A stretch of DNA of 64,000 bases from Camelus ferus (Eukaryota), in the NCBI RefSeq assembly GCF_009834535.1, contig NC_045696.1:90088001-90152000 (forward strand), written 5' to 3'. The translations under genes were made by a program, and so were the position numbers. Below are positions 38,285 through 52,300 of this stretch, piece by piece; the stretch's first letter is position 1, and every line of letters begins with the position of its first letter. The notes beneath the pieces were generated by a model. It was not told the DNA's origin. It was given only the letters and a program-made list of their open reading frames with translations, and made no database searches.

Positions 38285-41200
38285 AATTTAAGTGATCATC
38301 AGTTTAAAACAGATAGCTATGTATAGAGGTCAATATATAGATGAACTTCATGGTAACCAAAAACCTAAAGTGGATACGTAAAAAAATAAAGAAATATACA
38401 TAGCGCTAAAGTAATCCATCGAACCACAATGGAAGAAACTAAAAGAAGACAGAAACAGAGAAGAACTACAAAAACAACCAGAAAACAATTAACAAAATGA
38501 CAGCAAGGATAAACCTATCATTAATTACTTTAAATGTAAATAGACTAAATGCTACAATCAAAAGACATAGGGTAGCTGAATAGGAATAGAGACCCATTTA
38601 TATGCTGCCAACAAAAAACTCACCTCAGATTTAAAGACAATGTAGTCTAAAAGTAAAGGGGTGGGAAAAGATAATCCAAATGGAAAGAAAAGTTGGGGTA
38701 GAAATACTAATATCAACAAAATAGACTTTAAAACAAGATTGTAACAAAAGACAAAGAAGGACATTATATAATGATAAAGGGGGAATCCAACAAGAGGATT
38801 ACAACATTAGTGAACATTTATAGGAGCACCTAAATACATAAAGCAAATGCTAACAGAAATAAATAGAGAAAGAGACAGCAATATAATAATAGTAGGGGAC
38901 TTCAGTACTTCACTTTGATCAATGGATGTATCATTCAGACAGAAAATCAGTAAGAAAAAACTGCCCTTAAGTAACATATTAGACCAGATGAGCTTAACAG
39001 ATATACATAGACTGTTCCACTCAAAAGCAGCAGAATACACATTCTTTTCAAGTGCACACAGAACATTCTCCACAAGGGTTACTCACGTTAGACCACAAAA
39101 CAAGCCTCAGTAAGTTTAAGCAGACTGAAATAATATTAAGCATCGTTTCCAACCACAACCATATAAAATGAGAAATCAATTACAAAAGGAAAACTGAAAA
39201 AAAAAAAAACACACAAACACATGGAGACTAAACAACATGAACTAAACAATTAATGGGTCAATGAAGAAATCAAAGAGGAAATTAATCTTGGGGAGTGATG
39301 CAAATGATAGCTATCTTGATTGTAGTAGAAACTGAAAGTTGAGTCTTTGAGAAGATAAACAAAATCAACAATCCTTTACCCAGACTCATCAAGGGAAAAA
39401 AAGCCCAAAAATTAAAATCAGAAATGAAACAGGAGAAATGACAAATTATACCCCAGAAATGCAAAGCATCATAAAAGAATACTATGAACAATTATATGAC
39501 AACAAATTAGATAACCTAGAAAAATGGATACACTTCTAGAAACGTACAATTTTCCAAAGCAAAATCATGAAGAAATAGAAATCCTAAATGATCACTAGTA
39601 ATGAAATTGAATCATTAATCAAAAAAACATCAAAAAACAAAAGTCCAGGTCGAAGTGGCTTTACAGGTGAATTCTAGTAAGCATTTAAGGGAGAGTTAAT
39701 ACCTATCCTTCTCAAATTACTCGTAAAAATTTGAAGAGGAAGAAACACTTTCAAACTCATTTCAGGAGGCCAGAATTACTCTAATACAAAAACCATACAA
39801 AGACACCACAAAAAATAAAGAACTACAGGCCAATATCCCTGATGAGCATAGATGCAAAAATCCTCAGCAAAATATTAGCAAATCAAATTCAACAATACAT
39901 TAAAAGGATCATACACCATGATCAAGTGTGATTCATTTCAGGGATGCAAGGATGGCTTAATATGTGCAAATCAATAAATACGATGCCTCATATTAACAAA
40001 ACAAAGAATAAAAATCATATGGTCATCTTAATAGATGCATACAAAGCATCTGATAAAATTCAATATCCAGTCATCATAAAAACTCCCAACAAAGTGGACA
40101 TAGAGGGAACACGCCTCATCGTAATAAAGGCCATATATGACAAACCCACAGTTAACATCATATTCAAGAGTAAAAAGCTGAAAGTTTTTCCTCTAAGATC
40201 AGGAATAAGACAAGGATGCCCACTCTCCACATTTTTATTCAACATAGTATGGAAGTCCTAGCCACAACAATTAGGCAAGAAAAAGAGATAAGAGTCACCC
40301 AAACTGAAGTAAAATTGTTATTTGCAGATGACATGATACTATATAGAGAAAACCCCACAGACTCCACCGAAAACCTATTGGAGCAAATAATGAATTCAGT
40401 ACAGTTGCAGTCTATAAAATATACAGAAATATGTTGAATCTCTATACACTAATTACAACTATCAGAAAGAGAAATGAAGAAAACAATCCCTTTTAAAATT
40501 GCATCAAAAAGAATAAAAATACCTAGGAATAAATTTAACCAAGGAAGTGAAAGACCTGTACTCTGAAAACAGTAAGACATTGAGGAAAGAAACTGAAGAT
40601 GACCCAAATGAATGGAAGATTATACCATGTTCATGAACTGAAAGAAACAACATTGTTAATATATTGATATTACCCAAAGCAACCTACAGATTCAATATCC
40701 ATGGCATTTTTCACAGAAGGAGAACAAATTACCCTAAATTTGTATGGCTTCTTGGGCAAAAGGCCCTAAACAGTCAAAGCAGCCTTGAGAAAGAAGAATA
40801 AAGCTGGAGGTATATTTCCAGACTTGAAACTATACTACAATTTTATAGTAATCAAAACAATATAGTACTGGCAGAGAAAGTAGATATGTAGATCAACGGA
40901 ACAGAATAGAGAGCCCAGAAATAAATCCATGCTTATATGATATATTAACTTAAACAAAGGAGTCAATACTATATAATAGGGAAAAGACAGTCTCTTCAAT
41001 AAATGATGTTTGGAAAACTGAACAGCTACATGCAGAAGAATGAAACTTGACCACTTTCTTATACCACATACAAAAATAAACTCAAAATGGATTAAAAACA
41101 TAAATGTAAGACCTGGAACCACAAAACTTGTAGAAGAAAACATAGGCAGTACACTCTGACATAAGCCATCGCAATATTTTTTGGATATGTCTCCTCAGGC

Positions 41201-42346
41201 AAGCAAAAAAGCAAAAATAAACAAATGGGGATACATCAAACAAAAAGCTTTTGCATATCAAAATAAACCAACAAAATGAAAAGGCAGCCTACTGAATGAG
41301 GTAAGATATTTGCAAATAATAAATGTGATAAGGGGTTGATATCCAAAACACATAAAGAACTCAATATTAAAAAAACAAACAACCCAATTTTAAAAATGGA
41401 CAGAGAAACTGAATAGGCATTTTTCCAAAGAAGACATACAAATGTCCAACAGGCACATGAAAGATTATCAACATCATTTATCATCAGGGAAATGCTAATC
41501 AAAACCACAATGAGCTATCACCTCACAACTGTTAGAATGCCTATCATCAAAAAGACAAGAAACAACAAGTGTTGGTGAGGATGTAGAGGAAAGGGAACTC
41601 TCATGCACTGTTAGCAAGAATGTAAATTGGTGCAGACACTATGGAAAACGGTACGGAGGTTACTGAAAAAACTAAAAATAGAACTAGCATAAAATGCAGA
41701 AATTTCACCTTTGGGTATTTGTCTGAAGAAAACAAAAACACTAATTCAAAAAGATATATGTACCCCATGTTCACTGCAGCATATTTACAAGAGTCGAGAT
41801 ATGGAAACAACCTAAATGTCCATCAATAGATGAATGGATACAGAAGATGTTATACGCACACACATGCGCACATGTGCACACACACACACAATGGAATATT
41901 GCTCAACCATAAAAAAGAATGCAATCTTGCCATTTGCAGCAACATGGATAGACCTAAAGGGTATTGTGCTAAGTGAAATAAGTCATACTAAGGAAAATGA
42001 ATACTCTATGATTTCATTTTTATGTAGAATCTAAAAAGCAAAACAAAAAACAAAAACAGACTCATGCAGACAGAAAACAAGCTAGTGGTTGCCAGAGGGA
42101 AGGGGAGTGCAGAATGGACAAAATAGGTGAAGGGGATTAAGAGGTACAAACTTCCAGATATAAAATAAGTAAGTTATGGGGATGTAATGTACACATAGGG
42201 ACTATAGTTAATAATATTGTAACAACTTGGGTGATGGATGGTTAACTGGTCTTTCTGTGGTGATCATTTAATAATGCATAAAAATATTGATGTTGTACAC
42301 CTGAAATCAATATAACATTGTATTTAACTATAGCTCAATAAAAAAT
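38285..42346 (+). mobile_element. 5'-truncated L1 of about 4 kb: inter-ORF spacer, disrupted ORF2 (EN, RT, C-terminus; start near 38497), 3'UTR
   Basis: Remnants YTFFSSAHRTFS (EN), [22 protein letters not shown] and LFADDMILY (RT); many stops and frameshifts; tail ctcaataaaaaa. Confidence 0.97.
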
Positions 42347-42760
42347 AACCCAAACTAGCTAATTTTTAGCCATCAGAGCCTGTCTGCTTTGCATGCTCCA
42401 TCAAAACTCACCAACAGCTGTTATGCAATGATAAGATAGGAATTTGTAAGTATGAAACCCCAAGTCACTGCTGCTCTTCAGAGCTCTCTGACCCAGAGAT
42501 TCCCACTGGACCACTGAGGGACAGTGTGCAGACACACAAGACCCCTCTCTCATTTTCTCCTTCCCTGGAATTCACTTGCCCTCCTTTGCTTCTGGATGGT
42601 GGCTTCCTCACTGTAAACCTCTGGATGGTCTTGTGCTGTGAGGACTTCCCCTCTCATGCAACCCTTTTCAACCGCCACCCAATAAAGTGTGCTGTGTATT
42701 GCCTCTTGTGGTCCTATGTTTTCCCTAGATTAGCCCCTAAATCCCTCAAGCTCCCACATA
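42347..42760 (+). mobile_element. ERVL-class LTR 3' part (MER73/74-like); 5' part probably at about 38120-38284
   Basis: Poly(A) signal cccaataaagtgtgctgtg and end cccctaaatccctcaagctcccaca. Confidence 0.6.
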
Positions 42761-43883
42761 CTATTATTTCATTTCATGATTTAATTTGGTCAAGTAGCCA
42801 GATAGCCGTAGAGATCTTCCTATTCATAAGGCAGTATGCTGGGCAAGGTACAAGGTGAGGTCCCTATCTTCAAACTTCAGACTCCCTAGTTGTGAATCTG
42901 AGAGGAGGGGGCCATACTGAGAAATGGCATGAAAACAGAGAGAGGTTGATGAAGGATCAAGACTTTACTGGGCTTTCTTAGGAATTACCTCCATGGAGAA
43001 GGAGAAGGCATGAGCAAAGGCAGGAAGAAAATGACCCGCTAGGCAACAGCCTGGCTGAGCAAATCCTTCCAATGGGAATAATCAACAAGGTTGGAAAAGG
43101 TTAGGACAGCTTACTGCCATTTTTAAACATCCCTCACCAGCCAGGCAAGTGGAATCCAGTCAAGCCTGAAGTCACACCTCTCAAGCCCCACCCAAACCTG
43201 CATAGCAACCAAATTCACATTGTGAAATAAGAAACATCGCAATTCATATCCTCAGACCAAGTCACAATACGCTTTATTAATTACATTAATTGAAAGCCCA
43301 GGGTGGAAATTAAGCCTAATTAGAATAGATACAGGCTTTACCTTCAGGGTTAACACTTAACTGTGGCTGGCAGAGCCAAATCCTGATAGCAAAGGTACAA
43401 ATAGCAAATACCTTTCATGTCTGTAGGCTAATTACAAAGGTGTTTATTCTCCAAATCAGATGCCTTCTGAAGTCATAAAAGGAGCAGTTAGCCTAAAATG
43501 TAAAATACCCAGGTCTCCTCTGAGACTTGCTGATCTCGTATCTGGTTAAACAGTAACCTAATCACTGATTCTCCCCAACCAAGGCCTGAAATAGGCCCCT
43601 CAACTCTGCAGGAGGCCCGGACTCCAATATCCAGCACATTCTTTTTTTAACAGGGAAAGAACCTGAACAGTTTTGTTTGCATTTACTGGTGTTTAGGTAA
43701 ACTGCCCTTCAAAACTGATGGCTATTTTGAAAGCAGCAACCACATTTTAACAATATAGTTTTAAGGAAATTCTACTACGGCCAGAAAATTCTACCAGAAT
43801 AAGGAACATTCTATTAGGAGGGAACATGTGTGTGAAGATTTACAGAGAAGGGGAATGAGGCCTGAGTTTTACAAGACACCCAT

Positions 43884-44143
43884 TGTGTGAAAGCAAAAGA
43901 GGCGCCTAGGCCTTATGGGTGACATCTACCTGAGCCTCCATGTGACACTTCATGAGATTTGAGGGACATGGGAAACCAAGCGTGTCATGAAGCTCATGCT
44001 TCTCGCTGTGCCATGAGTAATAAAGTCCTTTGTCTCTGGCCCAGGCATCCTGTGTCTTCTAGCAGCATCCATAAAAACTGTAGCAGGCTAACTTATTAGC
44101 TTGCAAGTAGGATCAAATTTCAGACCTTGTCCAGGTTTTGATA
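43884..44143 (+). mobile_element. ERVL LTR (LTR40-like), 3' portion
   Basis: gagtaataaagtcctttgtctctggcccagg...gcaggctaacttattagcttgcaagtagg. Confidence 0.75.
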
Positions 44144-44589
44144 AGTGGCAATTAAATGAGTGGGAATTATAGGTCCTGTAACACCCACTCCCCCTCCCCC
44201 ACTTCCCTCCAACCAAAACATTTTGTGTATGAGTCTTCATGTAAATGTCCTCGTCCTGCTTTGTGACTCCTGAATGTGCATAATCAGGGTTTTCGTTTTT
44301 GCTGAAACCAAAGGCAGTCTTTTGCGTGACGTTGCTCTCTCTGCTGAAGGCTCTCTGGGGCTCCCACCTTGCTCTTTCAATTCATTTCAGACCAGCCACC
44401 TGGGGGGCTGGTGACCTGGGATGGTGACGACATCCTTCTTCTCTTTGTAAACATTATTTGTATTATGCAGCATAAGACCAGGGTTATTTATTAAGCAACA
44501 GATAATGGATATACATTTTTAACTGAACACCCTAGTCAGAGGGTCCCATTTTTGTGTTTAATAAAAGAGACAAACAAAAATTTTTTTAA

Positions 44590-44730
44590 AATATAAAAGA
44601 TTATGCACAACATTTCAACAGCAGTTATCTCTGGATGGTAGAATTATGAATAATCTTTTTTCTTATTTTTGTTAATTTGTATTATCTGTTTTTTTACTAT
44701 GAATGTGAATTATATGACATTATAAAATCA
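44590..44730 (+). mobile_element. Old L1 3'UTR fragment
   Basis: aacagcagttatctctggatggtagaattatg...ttactatgaatgtgaatta. Confidence 0.6.
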
Positions 44731-45920
44731 ACCATAGCTTCTCACCTGGCAGGAAAAGACCCCACTCACGGCCTCTCACAGCCTGCATGCCCCAATGTCA
44801 GCATGTAAATAACCCTGCCAGTAATCCCATCTCGTCCGTGCCTCTGAGATTTCCTCCCTTCCGCTCCTTATGGGGGTGGGGGGAAGCAACCTGCAAATAA
44901 CTAAGTATTAAAGTAATATTTGGTTATTCAAATTAGCTTAGCCAACATAACCTTTACAGGGCTTTGTTAAAATGTATATGAAGAGTCTTCTCAGTCCTGA
45001 ACACAAATACAAGATCCAATTCAAAACTTCTTGTGTTTTAGATGAAACCAAAGCAATGATAACCCCTGTAAATTCCCTAAGGTAAGACCAGAAATGCACT
45101 GAGTGATATATAATAGCATTTCCCAAGAAAAGCCATTTATGAAATTTTACCATGTAGGAAGACTAATGTGTCTATTAAAAGCAAGGATGTGAACTCCAGG
45201 TCCTCTCATCGGGGACTGATTTAAATGCAGTTTTGCTAAATTAGCTATAGAAGAAATCTGAAGGAGAAGGCTAACAATAGAGTCATATAAAACAGCACAT
45301 CCTTGGCAGGAGTAATTTATATGGTATGATCTGAAAACGAAGCAAGTGAAGAAATAGGTTAAGCAATAATATTTTTAAGGTATTACTGTACTGTACACAG
45401 AAATAATGCCTTTTTCATCAAATCCATATCATATTAGTGAGAAATGGTTTTCAATATTCACTTTGTTAAGAACAACCATTTCAAGAAAGTCAAGCATTCA
45501 TGAAAATTAACTGTACTTTATAAGTGGAATGTTTTTCTAAACTAAAGCTGGTTTCAACTCTAAAAAGCCAGTACTAAAGGCTGACATAATATGAAAAGCT
45601 GTTAGTGAGTGACTTCTAATTTTATCAAACTCATCGTAGATAAATGTTTTACAACATAAGCATTTTCTTTTCCCTAGTCTATTCTCTCTTGTTTTCCCAG
45701 TTTAGAACTTTCTATCATGCTTTTAGGGAGCAGGATGTGTCAATCACCCAGCCACTTTGAACTAAATTCAAGTTCATTTGTGCCTGCTACACAAACAAGG
45801 GAGTTTATTAGAAGCATGAAGAACTGTGTTTATAATTTCTTTAGAAGCCAGGAAGTCTTTTCCTTAGAAATGATTTCAAATGTTCCACTGCCTCCATCCC
45901 ACCCCAAATTCCCATCCCCC

Positions 45921-45923
<3 letters not shown>

Positions 45924-45964
<41 letters not shown>
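45924..45964. repeat. (AC)n microsatellite
   Basis: Perfect AC run. Confidence 0.95.
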
Positions 45965-45966
<2 letters not shown>

Positions 45967-46198
45967 TCATTTTAAAACATAATTTAGCACAAAAGTTATT
46001 TAATAGTATGAAAGTGTTCTTTATTGAACAAGGAAGACATTAATTTCTCCTCTATACAGCAAAACAAAAACAGCTGTTAATCCAGTTCCTCCCTTTGGCT
46101 TTTACAATAAGAAAGCTCAGAGGTTCTGTAGACAACAACAAAAAACACACACCCCAAGGCACAAAAGAATGAGAAAAACAACTACCAAATAGGCAGCA

Positions 46199-46276
46199 GC
46201 AACAGCAGGTAGGGAAGGTACCCTGGGTACTGTGCTTGCAACAGCAGGTAGGGAAGGTACCCTGGGTACTGTGCTT
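46199..46276. repeat. Perfect 39-bp tandem duplication
   Basis: gcaacagcaggtagggaaggtaccctgggtactgtgctt x2 (46199-46237, 46238-46276). Confidence 0.95.
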
Positions 46277-46739
46277 GAAGCAGCTAGGAGCCTTGAGAGT
46301 TTTGCAAGACACCAGACTTAGCTAGAGCAGATGTTTCTCATTCACCAGAGAGGCCTGGGTACCACGCATGCTTGCCTGCCCAGCGAAGGAAACACTATTG
46401 GATTGAAGAGTTAGTACACTCTGTTCAAGTCTCTTGTTCTCTTCCTTATCAGAGTTCTAGAAAATTAAAAATAACAGAAAATAATAGCAAAAGGAGTAAA
46501 GCAAGTAAAGGAGAAGACAGTCTATTCTGAATGGACCACCATTCAAGAACATGGCTTCTGCTCTGGGCCCTGTAGGGGAAAATCACAAGAATATGACAAG
46601 TCGATGTGCTCCTAGGAGCAGGGAGAAGAGCTGTACCTGGTACTACTGCCTAGGACCGTGCAAGGGAGAGGTTTTTAATTGATATCAAGCCAGAGAGAGT
46701 CCATGTCATTTGAATAAGCTACAAACAGTAAGTTATTTT

Positions 46740-47020
46740 TTGTTCATTCAGCCAACATCAAGAGCCTACTATTGTTGCTGCTGTCCTAGGTGCTGGGGAT
46801 ACAGCCTTAAATAAGGTGAAGGTCTCTGCCCTTGTGAAGTTCCCACTCTGACAGAAGAGACAGATGGTAAAGCTGGGAATAAATCAACTCAGGTAGTGTT
46901 AAGTGCTGGGAAATAAAATAAGGCAGGATGTAAGAATGGAGAAAGTCCAAGGGCGGGTGGGTGGAGTAGAGGGGAGGGAGAGAAGCTGGTGGCTATTTTA
47001 GATTGCAGTCAGGATGGACC
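46740..47020 (-). mobile_element. L2 3' region
   Basis: gtcctaggtgctggggatacagcc...gtctctgcccttgtgaagttc. Confidence 0.75.
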
Positions 47021-47102
47021 CACATACACCAATAAGGATTCCAGCAAGGTCTATGTGAAGCTGCCTGCTAAATGCGACTTCAGATGTACGGCCTGGAAAG
47101 GA

Positions 47103-47250
47103 CTCATTCATTCATTCAAACAAATATGTACTGGGCCATCTCTGTGTCCTGGACACAGCACTGGGCATTCGGGATTTAGGGCAAGCCAAAGACACATGCT
47201 GTCTGCCCACATGAGGCTTACCATCTATGAGGGCGGTAGGCATTAATCAA
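47103..47250 (-). mobile_element. L2 3' end
   Basis: ctcattcattcattcaaacaaatatgtactgggccatctctgtgtcctggac. Confidence 0.75.
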
Positions 47251-47599
47251 GTAGACAGCTACAGAGACAAAGGGTTGGTTGGCGACCACTGCAAAAAGGT
47301 CCTGGAAGGAAACTGCATTTACCTGAATTGACACAGATGAATGCCAAGCTACTAGGATCAGCCACTCTCACGTGCTTTCTGGCTTCCTCAGTCAATGGGG
47401 ATCAGGGGAAGGGAGAATGGGGAACAGAAAACTATGGAGTTGGGAAGGACAGGCTCTAGCCCAAGGTGACTGAATGTCTGGACAGGAAAGAAGACATCTC
47501 AGAGGCTGGGGAAGGTCACAGAAAGGGGACATGGGGCATGTGCATGGATCCAGAGGTTCTTGGGGTTGAAAGGCACTTCGGAGCAAGTTTATCAAAATC

Positions 47600-47720
47600 C
47601 ATCAGAGCCCATTTCTCACATGAGGCAACTGAAGCTCACAGAGGTGAAGTCGTTTGCTGAAGCTCATAGAACTGGATAATTGGAAATCCACAAATAGAAT
47701 CTCAGTCTACTTTTCACTGA
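47600..47720 (-). mobile_element. MIR fragment
   Basis: cccatttctcacatgaggcaactgaagctcacagaggtgaagt. Confidence 0.8.
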
Positions 47721-49194
47721 AGTATTTACCTCAAAACTTATATATTAATTAAGAGTGGGAGGGGAGGTATGTGCTTTTCCTCTATTTCCAGAATTTGATT
47801 AAAAATAAGAAAAAGAAGAAATTAGGGGTTGGAATTTGCCAGCAAACTCAGATATACCATGCATATCTCTAAGCCCTCTTTAAAATAAATCCGAATTTTA
47901 TTTAAAAACAAAAACCAATCTCTAGACACAAAGACATGCAAGTCTCCTGTTAGAAAAGGGATTTGCTGGGGCTCATTAATTCCAAGCCAGGATTGTTTTC
48001 TGCCCAATGTTCTTCAGTGTGTATTTTCTTTTTTTGTGCTTGTACTTTTTTGGGCACTGAGCCCAGTTCTCAGAGACTCTTGGGTACAGGCATTTGGAGA
48101 GCAGCTGCTGTCAAGCCTGTGTGCCAGGGCCATCCCACGGCAGAAAAAAATGAAGATAAACCACCATTTATTTCTAAGTGTAAACTTTTTAGTTACTTAG
48201 AATGGTGGTGCTCTAAATAGCTGGAATGTTCTAAGTGGTGACTTATCTTCATTCCCTTGACAGGGAGGGAAGCAATGTCAGCACAGACTGTTGGGAGGGA
48301 GAAGTCCTGGCTAAGGGCACATGGGGGCTAAGCGGAAAGATTAAGAGTCTGGATGTGTTGGTATCACTACTGCATATCGCTTACCTCCTCCCTAGATGAC
48401 AATGGGAGGAACCTGATACACCTCTGATAATCCTTTAATTATTGACAAAGAGCCTTGACGATATTGGATGGTTTGCTGTTTCTTTCTGGAATTTCATTTC
48501 AGTGATCAGCTGCCCAAGCTCAGCTTCACTGGCCACAAGGCACAATGCTTTTAAATAAGAGTAATACCATCACACTCAGCTTTTACTAATCGAGTTCTTG
48601 TTGCCCTGTTTCCTGGAACCATGTAGAATTTGAAGCTGTGCGATCAAAATAATGTGGCCTTTCCCCCCGGGTGCATGAGGACATGGTCCCACAGGAGCTC
48701 TCTATCTCTAGATCCTATCCTGGGAGGTGAAGCAGAGCATCCTCCCTTAAGGAATTTCCCACTCTCCACTTGCAAAAAGCAGGAAGGGGGAACACTAGGA
48801 CACATATATTTTATTCCACTGACTTCCATTCTTTCTTCTTCCCCAAATCTCCCAGGGTACAAAAGGGTCAGTCTTTTCTCTTACTCTCCCTGCTTGAGAG
48901 ACTTCTTCTACCACTAAATATATAAAAGAAAGCCCTATGGCTTTGCTGTCATGGTCAAGAATATCATCTCTGTTCCTTCCTATGTTAAAGGAGGGAAATT
49001 GTGATATTTGCAAAATCCTCCCTTCACACAACAGCCTGGATTTCCAGGCTGTCACCTTCCTCCATGATCCGACTTTGCATGTCAGAAATTGATTATGCTC
49101 CCTTCCCAGGCTGACAGGCTTCTCAGAAACTGGAGACTCTCATGGATTCAGCAAGAAAAAAGGGAAAACCACAGTAATAGTTGTCTAAATGTTA

Positions 49195-49345
49195 CTTCTT
49201 TTACATATGGATGCTACTCGGACAATGGGCATTTACTTGTTTTTTTCTTTTGCTATTACAGGTAATGCTGCAAGGATGGACATACATGTTTGCCTGCAGT
49301 GTGTAAATCTGTCCCTATGATGATATCCTAGAAAAGGAATTGCTA
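49195..49345 (-). mobile_element. Old L1 fragment
   Basis: atgggcatttacttgttt...tgctattacaggtaatgctgcaagg...cctagaaaaggaattgct. Confidence 0.65.
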
Positions 49346-52300
49346 AAAACTTTATATTTATGGATAATGCTTGCAAAACTTAAACTCAAAGTGGAAAGGG
49401 TAGCAGAGGAGGAGTGAGAAGTAAAACTCTTTGAAATTGTGTAGGAGAACAGAACTCAGAAACATTACCAAAACAATTTATCCGGACACCAGTCATATTT
49501 CTCACACCAAATATGAGATTCTTGGAGAAAAACATAAGGTACGTGCTTTTTCATTTCAGTAGGTCAGGTTTCTCATGCAGTTTCCCAGGCAGCTCATAAT
49601 TCCAGGCTATTCTGGATGGTGTTCATCTGCCCTTCAAATTTTCTTTCTTCAAGATGACTGAAAAAATGGCTAATGGGATACAATGGCTTTAGACTCTAGG
49701 TCACTGGTTTTCATACCAGCCAGGCCCACAGCAGTGTTTCCAATAGAAAATAAACGAATAACTAGACTATCACTGTGCTGGCTTCTCTTCCAGTTGATTT
49801 CCTTCCCAAGCTTGTTCCTTTTTCTTTCCTTTGTGTTAAATCAGTGCTTTCAATTACAAACACTGATTTAAAATGTTAATTATATTTTAATTATTGTAGG
49901 GTGTTTTTCCCTTATGTTTTAGGCTCAGGTGTCTCATATTAACCTCTCCTGGTTTTCACTCTCACTTCCTAAATGTCTTTTTCCTTATTCACCTCCCCAC
50001 TATACTTCTCCTTTATCTAGGCCTGTCCACCCTGAGCCATTCTGTCTCCTCAGCATACATACGTATATACAGTTGTCTCTCTGTCTTTTAGTCATAATTC
50101 ATTGAATGCATAACTGAAACTGCCCTTACATTCTTCTAGCCTTTTCCCCATTACGAAGCTCATCTGTAATTTTTTAAATGATCATTTTATCTATTCTCAC
50201 TACTTACCAGTTTGCATTTATGCTACATCCTAGTAAAATTTTCTGCAGGATTACAGTTGGGGAAGGGAAGGAACAACAAATGCAAAAGAAATTCACCTTA
50301 GCTCTGCTTAAGAAATTAAACCAGAAAAATACTATATTCGATCTTTTTTGTGAACCTCCTTTGATAGGGTGGCATTGCTCTAGTCCTTTGATCAAAAATA
50401 AAGATTGAATCAAAATATTTTCAGATATTATGGGATGACTCAGTTAGCTAAGGAGGTCATCACTGCTGATGTATAGATAACACAATTATCTCAAGACAAG
50501 GCCATAAACCTCTGAACCAGATGGCCTCACAATTGAATTTCTCAAGAAATTCAGAAACTTATTACAGGAACCACATTGCACTCCCAAATAAAGACTATAC
50601 TTTTTTTTTTTAACCAGAGCATAATTGCTTAGAAATGTCTAAGTGATTGAGTTTTATGCAAATCAAATCACCATAGACTAAAGCCCCTGCATTCCCATTT
50701 CCTAAGATAACAATGTAAAATCACCTAGGAGAGAAGAAATAAGTATGAGTCTTTTGCACATAGAATTGGGGGTGGGGAATGCAGAGGGTCAGGTGATATG
50801 AGAGTACTCAGGAAGCAAGGAGAAGAAATAAAGAAAAAAGAAATTCCAACACTCGAGCACTGAAGCTAGACTGACTTCAGATGAAGCAATACCTGCCTCT
50901 CTTCACCACTTCTCCTTAGCATCACCTTCCCCGTCCCCACACCTTCAGTCTTATGATGTTGTATGTACATGTTCGGTTTTACAGGAATTTGTCCTCTCTG
51001 GCTCTCTGGTCTGGCCATCCTTGTGCTGAAGGTTAATTTAACAGAGACAGAAGAGCCATATGTTGACCCCCACGGTATATTGGCAGCCAGAAAATGAGGC
51101 TAAAACGGTTAATCATCACAGTGCTTAAATAAGCGCACACTCACATTTGGCCTTGGAGTGTCATTCACAGCAGCAGAAAGAGAATGCACTCAAGCCAGAA
51201 GTGCATGGATTTCAAGTTCAGGGCTTAGTATGTAAGTAGCTTGAGTGTGGTGAAGAATTTTGATCCACAGTGTCTTTTTAGATTTCTGGCTGGTGAATAT
51301 TTTTCTTTTGCTTAAGCCAGGACTGAGTCACTCCAGGACAAGTGGGCTTCCTTACCTAACAGCAGCAGTGGCTCTGACAAGCAAATGACTTACAGGGGCC
51401 CTGCAGCAAGGGGTTCTGCAGATCCTGCACTGATGGCATCTCATCTCAACCTAAGCTAGGTCACACAGTCCTGGCTCCCCTCACACATCCAGAAATGGGA
51501 TTTGAGGCAGCCCACGTGGCTTTTCCCACAGTCAACATGACACCCACCTAAGAGCTGAGTTTTTCTGCCACTGACCAGCCAATATGAAGTCCTCCATCTC
51601 TGGTTAAAAATGAGTAAATCATCCAAGTAAGCAAAAACATTTTGGATGTTCACACAGAAACTGAAACAATCTGCTACTTGTGCCAATCCCCCAGTAGCAC
51701 CAACCTGCTATAAGGACACAAAACAGATAAAGAAGAAGAATATTATAATAATATTAGCTATAATATTATTCATTATTATTACATGAATAATGTGAATTCA
51801 TGTAAAATAAGTGCATGCACACAAAACAATATGCATTTTTAAGAAGACAGACAAAGATTTACACATTAAGCAAATTGAGATGGTTGTCTAGAAGAAAGGA
51901 GAAGAAAGGAAGAGGACATGGAGATAAAAGGAAATTGTCCACTAAGTAATTTAGTAAATAAGTAATAAATAATTAATACTTAAGTGACAACTGAATTAAA
52001 CATTCAAGAGAATCATATATATGAAAAAAAGAAATCCTTGGACTGGAGATGGAATAGAGAGTCTTGGGGAAGCAAGATAGATGGCCAGTAATAAGTGTTC
52101 CTGGGAAGGACCCTGCACACTACCCACACTCAGGCATAGTGGAGAGAAAGGAGGAAATAATGGTAACACGACCCCCTTTCTAAGTGCAGCTCAGCGAGGG
52201 GCCAGCCTTGTAGAAAAGCTCCCCTGCCTTGCAGGGCTGGTGAACAGTTGTATAATAACGTCTACAGAGAGCCCACCACGGTTCACAGCTTCTGAGCAAG

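Noticed and set aside
38497..41860. Reverse transcriptase ORFs as an active or domesticated gene
   Set aside because: Many stops and frameshifts plus an internal deletion; an ordinary dead L1
46951..46979. G-quadruplex-like gggcgggtgggtggagtagaggggaggg
   Set aside because: Lies within an L2 remnant, has one long loop, and is a common motif
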